Below are positions 28,981 to 37,537 of a stretch of DNA of 41,421 nucleotides, in pieces. Made by a program: the position numbers and the translations under genes. Numbering within the stretch: position 1 is the first letter of the stretch; the number at the start of each line of letters is the position of its first letter. Below the pieces are notes generated by a model. It was not told the DNA's origin. It made no database searches and saw nothing but the letters and a program-made list of their open reading frames with translations. Location: NCBI GenBank assembly GCA_046754105.1, contig JBHHVD010000017.1, positions 1 through 41,421 of the forward strand, written 5' to 3'. This DNA is from Candidatus Krumholzibacteriia bacterium. GTDB taxonomy: Bacteria > Krumholzibacteriota > Krumholzibacteriia > WVZY01.

Positions 28981-30144
28981 ATGAGAAACACGCGTACCCT
29001 AAACCCGGTTAGCATCCCGCTGCTCGTGGTGGGTTTCGCCCTGGTCGCGGCTTCGTTCGAGGCTGCCGCGGCGGCGCCCCAGGAGAAGAAGGTCATCAAG
29101 ACCACGACCGACTCGAGAGGGTTCGAGAAACGGCACACCGAGGTCGATTTGATGTATGAGACGGCCCGCCAGTTCATCGCCGCCGGCCAGTACGACAAGG
29201 CCGCGGTGGAACTGGAGAGGGTCATCGACGCAGACGGATCACGCCTGGACGCGCTGCACGATCTTGGCACCTGCTACAAAAAGCTGAAGCAGTACGACAA
29301 GGCGGCGAACGCATACACGCGCGCGGTCAAGCTCTACCCGGATGACACGCGTCTTTTGGCAAACCTGGGGTACTATCAGCTGCTGCAAAAGGACTACGAG
29401 GCGGCGTTGACGACCTATCAGTCCATCCTCGAGCGGGAGCCGGAGAACTACGACGCCAACGTTCGTATGGGTTTTCTCTATCAGGGCTACAGGAAGTATC
29501 CCGAAGCGCTGACCTATTACACGAAAGCGCTCGAGCTCAACAGCGACGACGTGCAAACGATGGGCTCGATGGCCAAGATTTACTTCGAGACCGGTGAGCG
29601 TGAGAAGGCGCTGGAGATGTACGAGCGGGCCGTTCCCGTGGCGAGTGAGAAGGACGCTGCGAAGCTCCGTTCGCAGCTCGGCAAAGCGTACATAGAAACG
29701 CAGCAGTTTGGCAAGTCGGCGGCTGTGTTCACCGAACTGGTCGCCGCCGAACCGGAAAAGGCTTCGTACCGGTTCAACCTGGGCGTGTCGCTCATGCAGG
29801 TGAAGCGTTACGCGGACGCGATACCGGAACTGGAGAAAGCGGTGGAGCTCAAACCGGAACTTTGCGCGAGCTACCAGCCGCTGGCCTCCTCGTACGAGCA
29901 GACGAAGAACTACAACAAGGCGATTAGCACAGCCCGCAAGGGTCTGCAGATTTGCCCGGCTGGCAGGAAAGCGGGACTGTACTACGCGTGGGGGAAAGGG
30001 CTGGAAGGGCTCGCCCGTTATGACGAGGCCATCGAGAGATTCCAGATGGCCGTGAAAGACCCGCAATGGGGCTCATCGGCCAAGAAGCAGATTCAGCGGC
30101 AGCAGGATTTGATCAAGCGCGCCGCCGCGATGAAGAACCAGTAG
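28981..30144 (+). CDS. Exported tetratricopeptide-repeat protein
   Basis: Signal peptide and many TPR units (LG..Y...Y..A...Y..A). Start 28972 or 28981. Confidence 0.88.
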   Translation: MRNTRTLNPVSIPLLVVGFALVAASFEAAAAAPQEKKVIKTTTDSRGFEKRHTEVDLMYETARQFIAAGQYDKAAVELERVIDADGSRLDALHDLGTCYKKLKQYDKAANAYTRAVKLYPDDTRLLANLGYYQLLQKDYEAALTTYQSILEREPENYDANVRMGFLYQGYRKYPEALTYYTKALELNSDDVQTMGSMAKIYFETGEREKALEMYERAVPVASEKDAAKLRSQLGKAYIETQQFGKSAAVFTELVAAEPEKASYRFNLGVSLMQVKRYADAIPELEKAVELKPELCASYQPLASSYEQTKNYNKAISTARKGLQICPAGRKAGLYYAWGKGLEGLARYDEAIERFQMAVKDPQWGSSAKKQIQRQQDLIKRAAAMKNQ

Positions 30145-30228
30145 CAGGCGAACTCCGGGCACGACATGACCTTTCTCCTCGAGCACCGCTTTCGGGGGGA
30201 AAGGTTTTGTTTTCTTGGAAGGAAGGCG

Positions 30229-31344
30229 ATGGAGGGACGTTTCATCGACATTGGCGGGAACGAACGCCGCGGGCGAAGCGTGCTCGTGGCCATGAGCGGA
30301 GGTGTCGACAGCGCCGTTACGGCCCTGCTCGTCAAGCGCGCCGGTTATCGGTCAATCGGTATAACGATGAAGAATTACTGTTATGGTGACGCCGGGGTGC
30401 CGGAGCGTAGCTGTTGCTCGGTCGAATCCGTACAGGACGCCCGGCGGGAGTGCGATCGGCTCGGCATGCCGCACCGCGTGGCCGACGTCACGGATTTCTT
30501 TGGTCGCGAGGTCGTCGAAAACTTCGTCTCGGAATACGAGAACGCGCGTACACCAAACCCGTGCGTGCGTTGCAACGCGGTGGTGCGTTTTCGTACGCTC
30601 CTCGACCAGGCGGACCGCCTCGGTGTCGAGTACGTGGCCACAGGTCATTACGCCCGGGTCTTCGAGGCGGCAAACGGCGAGCGGTTTCTGGCCCGGGCGG
30701 CCGACCGCGCGAAGGATCAGTCGTACTTTCTCTCCGGCGTGCACGGCGAGACGCTCGGCAGGGTCTTGTTCCCGCTGGGGGACTACGACAAGGCGACGGT
30801 CCGGGAGGTCGCGAGTGACGCGAAAATGGCGGTGGCGCAGAAGAAAGACAGCCAGGAAGTGTGCTTCGTGCCGGACGGTACCCTGAGGTCGTTTCTCGAC
30901 CACCAGGGGGTAAAGCTCTCCCCCGGGCAGATCGAGAATACGGCCGGCGAGGTTGTCGGCCGCCACGAGGGGCTGGCGCCCTACACGGTCGGGCAGCGCC
31001 GGCGCATCGGGGTGTCCGCTGGGGTACCGCAGTACGTCATCGAGCTGGACAGGGGCAGGAACGTACTGGTCGTGGGGGACCCGGGCAACCTGCTCCACAA
31101 GACCCTCACCTGCACGCTGGATTGGGCTCATCCTTCCGTCATCGAAGGCGGGGGCCCGCTCTCGGCGCAGATCCGGTACCGCCACGCGGGCTCCGAGGTC
31201 AGCGACGTCCGCATCGACGGGCGCGCGGCCCGGGTCAGCTTTGTGGAGCCCCAGCGGGCCATTTCCCCGGGGCAGACCCTGGCGCTGTACAGTGGCGACC
31301 TCCTGGTCGCTTCGGGAGTTATCGATGGGGTGGTCACTCCATAG
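30229..31344 (+). CDS. mnmA: tRNA 2-thiouridine(34) synthase
   Basis: AMSGGVDS, PNPCVRCN, ATGHYAR, KDQSYFL, KKDSQEVCF, YTVGQRR and AISPGQ motifs. Confidence 0.97.
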   Translation: MEGRFIDIGGNERRGRSVLVAMSGGVDSAVTALLVKRAGYRSIGITMKNYCYGDAGVPERSCCSVESVQDARRECDRLGMPHRVADVTDFFGREVVENFVSEYENARTPNPCVRCNAVVRFRTLLDQADRLGVEYVATGHYARVFEAANGERFLARAADRAKDQSYFLSGVHGETLGRVLFPLGDYDKATVREVASDAKMAVAQKKDSQEVCFVPDGTLRSFLDHQGVKLSPGQIENTAGEVVGRHEGLAPYTVGQRRRIGVSAGVPQYVIELDRGRNVLVVGDPGNLLHKTLTCTLDWAHPSVIEGGGPLSAQIRYRHAGSEVSDVRIDGRAARVSFVEPQRAISPGQTLALYSGDLLVASGVIDGVVTP

Positions 31345-32308
31345 ACGACGTTCGGCCCGCCGGGCCGGCGCCGGGCCGCGCCTTGGCGCGGCGGTGATGC
31401 TCTTCGGGATTCTGCTGCACGTTGCGGCTGCGGCCCAACCGCTCGTCAAGCGTCTCGACCGGTATCCCGTGACGGTAGAGTATTTTCCCGAGGACAAGAA
31501 AGTCGCCGACAAGGTGGCCGCGATTTGCCGGCACGCCATCCCCGAGTTGGCGCACGAACTCGGTCTTACCTCGATCTCCGGGTTTCGCGTCCTGTTGATA
31601 GCGGACATGGAGAGATTCCAAGCGCAACAGGGAATACGACTCCCCTCGTGGGGGGTCGCGTTCGCGTTGATGGACGGCCAGATCATGCTGGTCGACGTCG
31701 AGCGGGCGACCTCCGCCTGGAACACTCTGGAGAAGGTGATCCCACACGAGCTCTCCCACCTCCTGGTCGCGCAACGGGTGGGCGGGGTCCGAATGCCCAC
31801 CTGGTTCGTAGAAGGCCTGGCGCTGTGGCAGGCGCACGAGTGGTCGCTCCTCGAACACTGGCGTTTGATGGAGTCGGTGTGGGCCAACCGCGCGCCGGGA
31901 CTGGGCCAGATTGTCAGCTCACTGCCCGAAGCCGAGGGCCGTGCCCGCGACGCCTACCGGGTGGCCTACACGGGTTTTACCGAACGTTTCGGCAAGGAGG
32001 TCGACACGCTGCCCCTTTTTCTCGGCGAGGTCATCCGGGAGGGCGATTTCTCCGCGGCGTTCGAGCGGTTCTGGAGCGAGAACGAGCATCTTTTCTACGC
32101 GAGATTCGATCGATCGCTGCAGCGACGATACCAATCCTGGCTCCTCTTGTTTCAAACCGGCCCACTGTTTAGCATCGTCGCCGTCTTGTTTCTGTTCGTT
32201 TTTCTGCGAGTCAAGCTGCGCGAGCGGCGCAAGCTGAAACGTCTCGAGCGCATGGAGAGGGGCCTGGCGGTGGACGGTTGGCCGTCGGCAGGGGGGAGGG
32301 AACAATGA
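31325..32308 (+). CDS. Peptidase MA-like zincin with C-terminal TM helix
   Basis: HELSH followed by PTWFVEGLA (gluzincin pattern), N-terminal hydrophobic segment, C-terminal TM. Start 31325-31397. Confidence 0.8.
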   Translation: MGWSLHRRRSARRAGAGPRLGAAVMLFGILLHVAAAAQPLVKRLDRYPVTVEYFPEDKKVADKVAAICRHAIPELAHELGLTSISGFRVLLIADMERFQAQQGIRLPSWGVAFALMDGQIMLVDVERATSAWNTLEKVIPHELSHLLVAQRVGGVRMPTWFVEGLALWQAHEWSLLEHWRLMESVWANRAPGLGQIVSSLPEAEGRARDAYRVAYTGFTERFGKEVDTLPLFLGEVIREGDFSAAFERFWSENEHLFYARFDRSLQRRYQSWLLLFQTGPLFSIVAVLFLFVFLRVKLRERRKLKRLERMERGLAVDGWPSAGGREQ

Positions 32309-33057
32309 CCCGCGGTGCTATCGTCGCCCTCGTCGTGGCCTCGGTTTGTGTCCTGAGTGCGCGCGCCGTCCGCGCGCGCTACGTTCCGGAGCGCGGCAAG
32401 CGAGACAGGCCCGGACCGCAGCCGGTCCTGATCCTCGACGGCAAGAGCGTACACAACGTCGGGGAGCTTCAGATGCATCTCTTGAACTGGGGAGAGTGGG
32501 GATCGCGTCCGGGCACCGCCGAGCCGTACTCGTTCGCGCCGTCCGCGCAGTGGCCGGCGGGAAGTGGTGTGGAATACCTCTTTAGCGCGGGCCTGTGGGT
32601 CGGCGCGCTGCGAAACGGTATACCGGCGGTGTCGACCGCCGCCTTCGAGAACGAGTTCCGGCCGGCACCCGATCCCCGGGATGCCGTGTACACCTCCGCG
32701 GCCGGGGCCAGCGGCGGCAATCGGCCACCGTCCTCCAAGGCCGACGACGACGAAGACGGTGCGGTCGACGAGGACTGGCTGGACGGATACGATAACGACG
32801 GCGACGGTCGGGTCGACGAAGATTTTGGGGCGATCTCGACCCGGATGTTCGCCTGCCGCTACAGCGACGTCGAGCCGGTTAGCCGTGAGATTTACCCCGA
32901 GCACAACCCCCTGCAAATCCAGGTGCGCCAGGAGAGTTACCAGTGGGACGGGGACCGGTTCGATGATTTCGTCGGCGTCGAGTATCACATTGCCAACATC
33001 GGTACCGAGATTCTCGAGGACGCATGCAATCGAAACCCGCATGGATGGTGGTCGTAA
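32305..33057 (+). pseudogene. Probably truncated N-terminal part of a large secreted protein
   Basis: Signal peptide, HNVG...WPAGSGVEYLFSAGLWVG motif and DxDxDGxVDED Ca-binding repeats. Protein-like sequence ends after EYHIANIGTEILED, exactly where the next gene begins. Confidence 0.55.
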
Positions 33058-33419
33058 CGGGGCTCGCGCTGTCGGCCTGCAGCCCCGCTCGCATGTATCC
33101 GGGTCCGCCCTTGCCGGGCAGCAAGGTGGCGATTGTAAAGGGGTCGCGCATGCTAGGGGGCGTCCGTATCTATTTCGCGGGCATCGACAGCGAAGGGAAC
33201 GAATTTTCCGCCGCCAAGATAGAGGTCAACAGCGGCAAACTGCGACTCACCGTCCACTACTACGACGAGTCCAGGGCCGCCGCGGCGATTCGCCGCACCC
33301 TCTCGTTTCACGCCCTCGGCGGGCACACCTACCAGGTGAAAGCCCTCGAGCACGGCACCGTATGGATCTGGATCGAGGACAGCCGCAGCGGTGAGGTCGT
33401 GGGCGGCCGCAGGCCCTGA
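33024..33419 (+). CDS. Small hypothetical lipoprotein
   Basis: Lipobox LSAC followed by YPGPPLP..KVA. GAGG SD before ATG 33024. Confidence 0.7.
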   Translation: MQSKPAWMVVVTGLALSACSPARMYPGPPLPGSKVAIVKGSRMLGGVRIYFAGIDSEGNEFSAAKIEVNSGKLRLTVHYYDESRAAAAIRRTLSFHALGGHTYQVKALEHGTVWIWIEDSRSGEVVGGRRP

Positions 33420-33596
33420 TCCCGGCCGTTGATGGGCCCCGTTCTACCGGCCGTGGCGCCCCTGCGCCATTCCCGGTCATCCTTGGGGCACTTTTGTGCT
33501 GGAGCACCCGCTCTGGCGCTTTTCTTGCAAAGGCGTGGACATCGCATAACCAGGCTTCGCGCGTAACGGGGAGCGCCGCGCGGGAAGGATGGAATC

Positions 33597-34298
33597 ATGT
33601 CAAGCGCACAGGCGCCGCGGGATGCTGCAACAGCCGTGGCCGGCGGATGGGTACCCCGGACAGGACCCGGCCTGCGGCGGCGGGCGCCCGTGTTCCGGCG
33701 GTTGTGTCGCCGCGCGCGCGGCTTTTCGCTGGTCGAATTGATGGTCGTGCTGGTGGTGATCGGGATCCTCGCCCCCAACTTCATGGGGCAGTCCCGGCGC
33801 CAGCGCGAATTGGCCCTCCTCCAGGCATGTGTTTCCTACCAGCTCGCTCTTAGCAAGATGCTGTGGGCGGAATTCGCCCGGACCGGAGAGTTCCCCAGCA
33901 CACTGGACGGAATCCTGGCACAGATGCCGCCCGCCGGAATTGCGGCGAATTATACCTACCTTGCCGGCGGGGGTGGAGGTGGTGGCGTGAGCGCCCTGGC
34001 CGCCGGCAAAGATGACGACGATGACAAGGACGATGACGACAAGGACGATGACGACAAGGACGACGACGATAAGGACGATGACGATAAGGACGATGACGAC
34101 AAGGACGACGACAAGGACGATGACGACAACGGTGGAGATGGCTCGGGAGCCACCACGTACTACCTGCGTTGCAACCACGACCATTCCTACATCAACGTGC
34201 GCTTCGTCGACAGCGGCAGCACACTGACCCCAAAACCGATCCACGGCAAAGGTGACGGGCGCGGCAATGCCACCGCCGGCAGGTCCGGCAAGCGATAG
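33597..34298 (+). CDS. Type IV pilin/pseudopilin-like protein with poly-Asp insert
   Basis: Class III signal RARG|FSLVELMVVLVVIGIL (G-1, F+1, E+5). Alternative start GTG 33690. Confidence 0.8.
   Translation: MSSAQAPRDAATAVAGGWVPRTGPGLRRRAPVFRRLCRRARGFSLVELMVVLVVIGILAPNFMGQSRRQRELALLQACVSYQLALSKMLWAEFARTGEFPSTLDGILAQMPPAGIAANYTYLAGGGGGGGVSALAAGKDDDDDKDDDDKDDDDKDDDDKDDDDKDDDDKDDDKDDDDNGGDGSGATTYYLRCNHDHSYINVRFVDSGSTLTPKPIHGKGDGRGNATAGRSGKR
34008..34127 (+). repeat. About 15-nt coding tandem repeat, eight units, encoding K(D)3-5
   Basis: AARGAYGAYGAYGAY units encoding KDDDDD-(KDDDD)5-KDDD-KDDDD, with synonymous GAC/GAT variation between units. Confidence 0.95.
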
Positions 34299-34377
34299 CC
34301 CGCGCACTCCGCCCGACACGAACCGAGCCGTAGAACACGCCGGCCCGGTCCCGCCCCCCGCGTCCCCGAGGATGGCG

Positions 34378-34406
34378 TTGCAAGATGTTCGCAAAGCGGT
34401 TATGAT
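34378..34406 (+). promoter_or_regulatory. Putative sigma70 promoter upstream of the tRNA cluster
   Basis: TTGCAA-17 nt-TATGAT. Confidence 0.55.
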
Positions 34407-34511
34407 ACCTGTCGGCATCGAGGACGGAAGGCCTCGAACGGAGTGCCGCGACAGGTGTCAACGACAATGCCTAAGATGTAACCATAATAATGTCATTAGG
34501 TTGCGAGTGTC

Positions 34512-34599
34512 GGAGGGCTAGTCCTAACTGGTAAGGCAGCGGTCTTGAAAACCGCCGGGTTTCAAGCCCTTGGGGGTTCGAATCCCCCGCCCTCCGCCA
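34512..34599 (+). tRNA. tRNA-Ser (anticodon TGA)
   Basis: Acceptor GGAGGGC/GCCCTCC with G73 and CCA, anticodon arm GCGGT-CTTGAAA-ACCGC, long variable arm, GGTTCGAATCC T-arm. Confidence 0.95.
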
Positions 34600-34613
34600 G
34601 GCAGACCCGAGTG

Positions 34614-34706
<93 letters not shown>

Positions 34707-34734
34707 CCCCCGGCGCCGCGCGAAGAGGTTGGAG

Positions 34735-35130
34735 ATGAGAGCTCTTATCGAGATCAAACGGATCGAGCTGTGGTCGCTGTTCAAGATCGCTTTTGTCCTC
34801 TACGCCGCGCTCGGCCTGCTGCTGGGAATCGTGTACGGGTTCTTCATTCTGGTCGCGGGCGGCTTGCAGACCGCGCTTTTGGGCGAAGATTTTCCGCAGT
34901 TCGGAATCCTCGGTGGTCTGCTGGGGATCGTACTGATCCCCGTTTTCGCGGTTTTCTACGGTGCGATCGGTTCGGTCTTTGTCACGATCGGTGGCTTTAT
35001 CTTCAATGTGGTGGTGGGAATGGCCGGTGGGTTGCGAGTGGAGACCGACGTGGTGAGCATGGGGCAGCCGGCGGAGGCCTCGATGCCGGCAGCCCCAGCC
35101 ACGCCGGGGCCGCCCGCGCCGCCCGCGTGA
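34735..35130 (+). CDS. DUF3566-like two-TM membrane protein
   Basis: IKRIELWSLFKI, two hydrophobic helices and FNVVVGMAGGLRVE (Y/FN...GG motif), Pro/Ala tail. Confidence 0.72.
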   Translation: MRALIEIKRIELWSLFKIAFVLYAALGLLLGIVYGFFILVAGGLQTALLGEDFPQFGILGGLLGIVLIPVFAVFYGAIGSVFVTIGGFIFNVVVGMAGGLRVETDVVSMGQPAEASMPAAPATPGPPAPPA

Positions 35131-35148
35131 CCCTCGTTACGACAAGGT

Positions 35149-35225
35149 GCGCCCGTAGCTCAATTGGATAGAGCGTCTGGCTACGGACCAGGAGGCTGGG
35201 GGTTCGAGCCCTCCCGGGCGCACCA
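35149..35225 (+). tRNA. tRNA-Arg (anticodon ACG)
   Basis: Acceptor GCGCCCG/CGGGCGC with ACCA, D-arm GCTC-AATTGGATA-GAGC, anticodon loop CTACGGA. Confidence 0.96.
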
Positions 35226-35277
35226 ACCATCAAGAAGTAACCCCGCCGGCAACCAGTTTCCGCCCGCACGACAGCGC

Positions 35278-35306
35278 TTGCTCTCAAGACTCAGCCATTG
35301 TATAAT
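35278..35306 (+). promoter_or_regulatory. Putative sigma70 promoter for the 35348 lipoprotein, possibly also the DUF3179 gene
   Basis: TTGCTC-17 nt-TATAAT. Confidence 0.6.
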
Positions 35307-35347
35307 TCGAACGCCCCACTAGATCCACCCTGCCAAGGGGGTCCGCC

Positions 35348-36712
35348 ATGTCTACCAGGGTCTTTGCCCTCTCGATCGCCCTGTCGATTCTCATCGTGTC
35401 CGGTTGCTCGGACGACTCGGTCCTGACGCCGCCGCCGGGCGGGGGCTCCGCATCCGGCGTTGTCAAGGGCGAGGTCGATCCCGGCGTCGCCGGCTTCGAG
35501 CTCCCGATCGAAAGCGGGGGTAGTCCCGACGGTACACTGGCCGGGCCGTTTCTGCTGCGCGGCGCGAACATCCGCTACGCCGATTCTCTGGGCGCTTTGC
35601 TCGTCGACCTGAGCGTCATTAACCACAGCCACACGGCGCATCCCGAGCCGATTACGCTGACCTTTGTCAGCCTGTTGCCCGAGGGGGTCACGGTACTCAA
35701 CCCGGATAACGGTGTGGTCGGGCCGGGGGCATCGATCAGGTTCGAGTTCACCGATCGCGACGGCATGTGGACCCCGGGAGAAGAGAGCCTTCCCCGCACC
35801 GTCGAGTTCGGAGTTGCGCGCGGGGTTTCAATCGGTTTCGTTGGCCGGCTGGACATAGGGATGGCCCCCGGCGGCGGCGCCATCGGGGGGATCGTGTGGC
35901 TGGATACGAACGAAAACGGGGTGATGGAAGCTGACGAACCGGGGCAGGGAGGCGTGGAGGTAATTCTCAGCGGCGGCGTGCTCGAAATTGCAACCGGCAC
36001 CGAGGTAGTACGCAGGATGGTGACGGCTGCGGACGGGTCCTATCGTTTCGACGGTTTGCGTGCAGGATTCTATACCGTATCCAAATCCCCGGACCCCCAC
36101 TGGCGGCCGACCACGCCGTCCGTCATCCACGTGGTGCTGAGCGCAGTGGGCGGAACCGTCGGGGATTTTCTGACCGCGAACTTCGGGTGTGTTTTTCAGC
36201 TGCCGGTACCGACGATTCACACCGGCGATTACATCAGGACGACCGGCGAGTTCGTGCACGACCAGAGCATGTCGATCATCGCCGGGTTTCTGGTCGCGCG
36301 CGAGATCACGATCTTTCGCTGCGGGGACCGAGGGTGCGTTCGGCCTGGGGCATTGAACGGACCCGTAGGTGAAGTAGACCGGCCGGGCCGGTCCCTGCGG
36401 GTTATGGGCGAGTGGGTGAGTTTTGCGGCAACAGACTCGATGCCCGCGGGCGGCACGGTGCTGGACCCGGATTCGGTCGAGGTCGGGGACCGCGTCAGCG
36501 CGGGCGTCCGCGACGACCCGAATGGCGTCGCCGAGCCGCTCGAAGGCTTCAGTCTTGTCGAGTGGGGAGAGCCCTTCGAGCAGGCGGGGGGCTATGTAAA
36601 GCGAATCGGCGGGGACCCGAATCAGCCGCCGGCCGAGGTTATTATCCTGCGCCGGACGCGGATCATGGTAACGCCGGAAACAAAAATCACGGTCTTTGAC
36701 CCCGGCCGCTAG
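35348..36712 (+). CDS. Lipoprotein with SdrD B-like domain and DUF5666-like C-terminus
   Basis: Lipobox VSGC. IGGIVWLDTNENGVMEADEPGQGGVEVIL...TAADGSYRFDGLRAGFYTV is the SdrD/Cna B-type pattern. The C-terminal assignment (VEVGDRV, VTPETKI) is tentative. Confidence 0.75.
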   Translation: MSTRVFALSIALSILIVSGCSDDSVLTPPPGGGSASGVVKGEVDPGVAGFELPIESGGSPDGTLAGPFLLRGANIRYADSLGALLVDLSVINHSHTAHPEPITLTFVSLLPEGVTVLNPDNGVVGPGASIRFEFTDRDGMWTPGEESLPRTVEFGVARGVSIGFVGRLDIGMAPGGGAIGGIVWLDTNENGVMEADEPGQGGVEVILSGGVLEIATGTEVVRRMVTAADGSYRFDGLRAGFYTVSKSPDPHWRPTTPSVIHVVLSAVGGTVGDFLTANFGCVFQLPVPTIHTGDYIRTTGEFVHDQSMSIIAGFLVAREITIFRCGDRGCVRPGALNGPVGEVDRPGRSLRVMGEWVSFAATDSMPAGGTVLDPDSVEVGDRVSAGVRDDPNGVAEPLEGFSLVEWGEPFEQAGGYVKRIGGDPNQPPAEVIILRRTRIMVTPETKITVFDPGR

Positions 36713-36758
36713 GCGCCTTACGGCCAAGGAGTGTCTCCCACAGAATGCCGGACCGACG

Positions 36759-37448
36759 ATGCAGATAGCCAGGAGAACCGTCCTGGCCGCGCTCGGGGTC
36801 GCTGTCGTCTTTGGCCCCGGCTGCACGACCGAGCCGCCGGTATTCCCAACGGCGGAGGTCGTCGGCGGACCGGACGATCGCATCTACATCGTCGATCTGA
36901 CGGGGAAGAAATGGGACGTGACCCACGCAGTGGAGCACTACGGCTTCGTCGCGGAGGAATTCCAGCACGGCGCCGGGCCCAACGCGATCCCACCGATCGA
37001 TCAACCCGAGATGCTCTCCCCCGGAGATCCCGGTTATCCCCAGGACGACGAGATCTTTCTCGTTATCGGCACGACGATCGACGGCGATACGCGCTCTTAC
37101 TCGATAGGTGACCTCAACCGGCACGAGGTGGTGAACGAGAGTTTCGGTGACGTACACGTCGCCGTCGGGTGGTGACCACTTGTAAAATTGGCTGCCGTGT
37201 ACAGCCGGAAAATCGACGAGCAGAAGATCACGCTGGTCTCAAGCGGCTGGACCTACAAGAACACGTTTGTCCTCTACGACCGCGAAACGGAAAGTCTCTG
37301 GTACCATCTGGGGCGAACGCGCGGGCTTACCTGTATAAGCGGGGCCTTCGCCGACCGCAAACTCGCTGAGTTCACCTCCTTCTTCATCCGCTGGGCCCTG
37401 TGGAAACAGATGCATCCCGACACGAAGTTCATGAAGTATCCCCGTTGA
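36759..37448 (+). CDS. DUF3179-family exported protein, putative selenoprotein (TGA 37173-37175 = Sec139)
   Basis: ORFs 36696-37175 and 37188-37448 are in the same frame. The joined protein reads AIPPIDQP...HEVVNE...VGW-U-PLV...LYDRETESLW, matching the DUF3179 pattern with U at the Cys of the CPL motif. Confidence 0.82.
37188..37208 (+). promoter_or_regulatory. Candidate bacterial SECIS hairpin
   Basis: TTGGCTG-CCGTGTA-CAGCCGG stem-loop with 12 nt between the in-frame TGA and the stem. Confidence 0.55.
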
Positions 37449-37486
37449 TAATCGCGACTGGCCCACGCCCGGCTTTCCGAAAACTG

Positions 37487-37516
37487 TTGACACGTACTTC
37501 TCTCGTCGAATAATAT
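37487..37516 (+). promoter_or_regulatory. Putative sigma70 promoter for the B12 operon
   Basis: TTGACA-18 nt-TAATAT about 20 nt upstream of the riboswitch. Confidence 0.6.
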
Positions 37517-37537
37517 CTTCCCGACATAACAAAAGCA

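Noticed and set aside
34008..34127. Synthetic FLAG or enterokinase (DDDDK) tag contamination
   Set aside because: No DYK, irregular unit lengths, no vector sequence, and it is embedded in a native-looking pilin ORF.
34512..34599. Possible tRNA-Sec near the putative selenoprotein
   Set aside because: The anticodon is TGA (reads TCA, Ser), not TCA, and the acceptor stem has 7 bp rather than the 8 bp of bacterial tRNA-Sec. The TTCAA lies in the variable arm.
37188..37448. Independent 86-aa gene starting at TTG 37188
   Set aside because: No SD, same frame as the upstream ORF, and family motifs continue across the TGA. Better explained by read-through.
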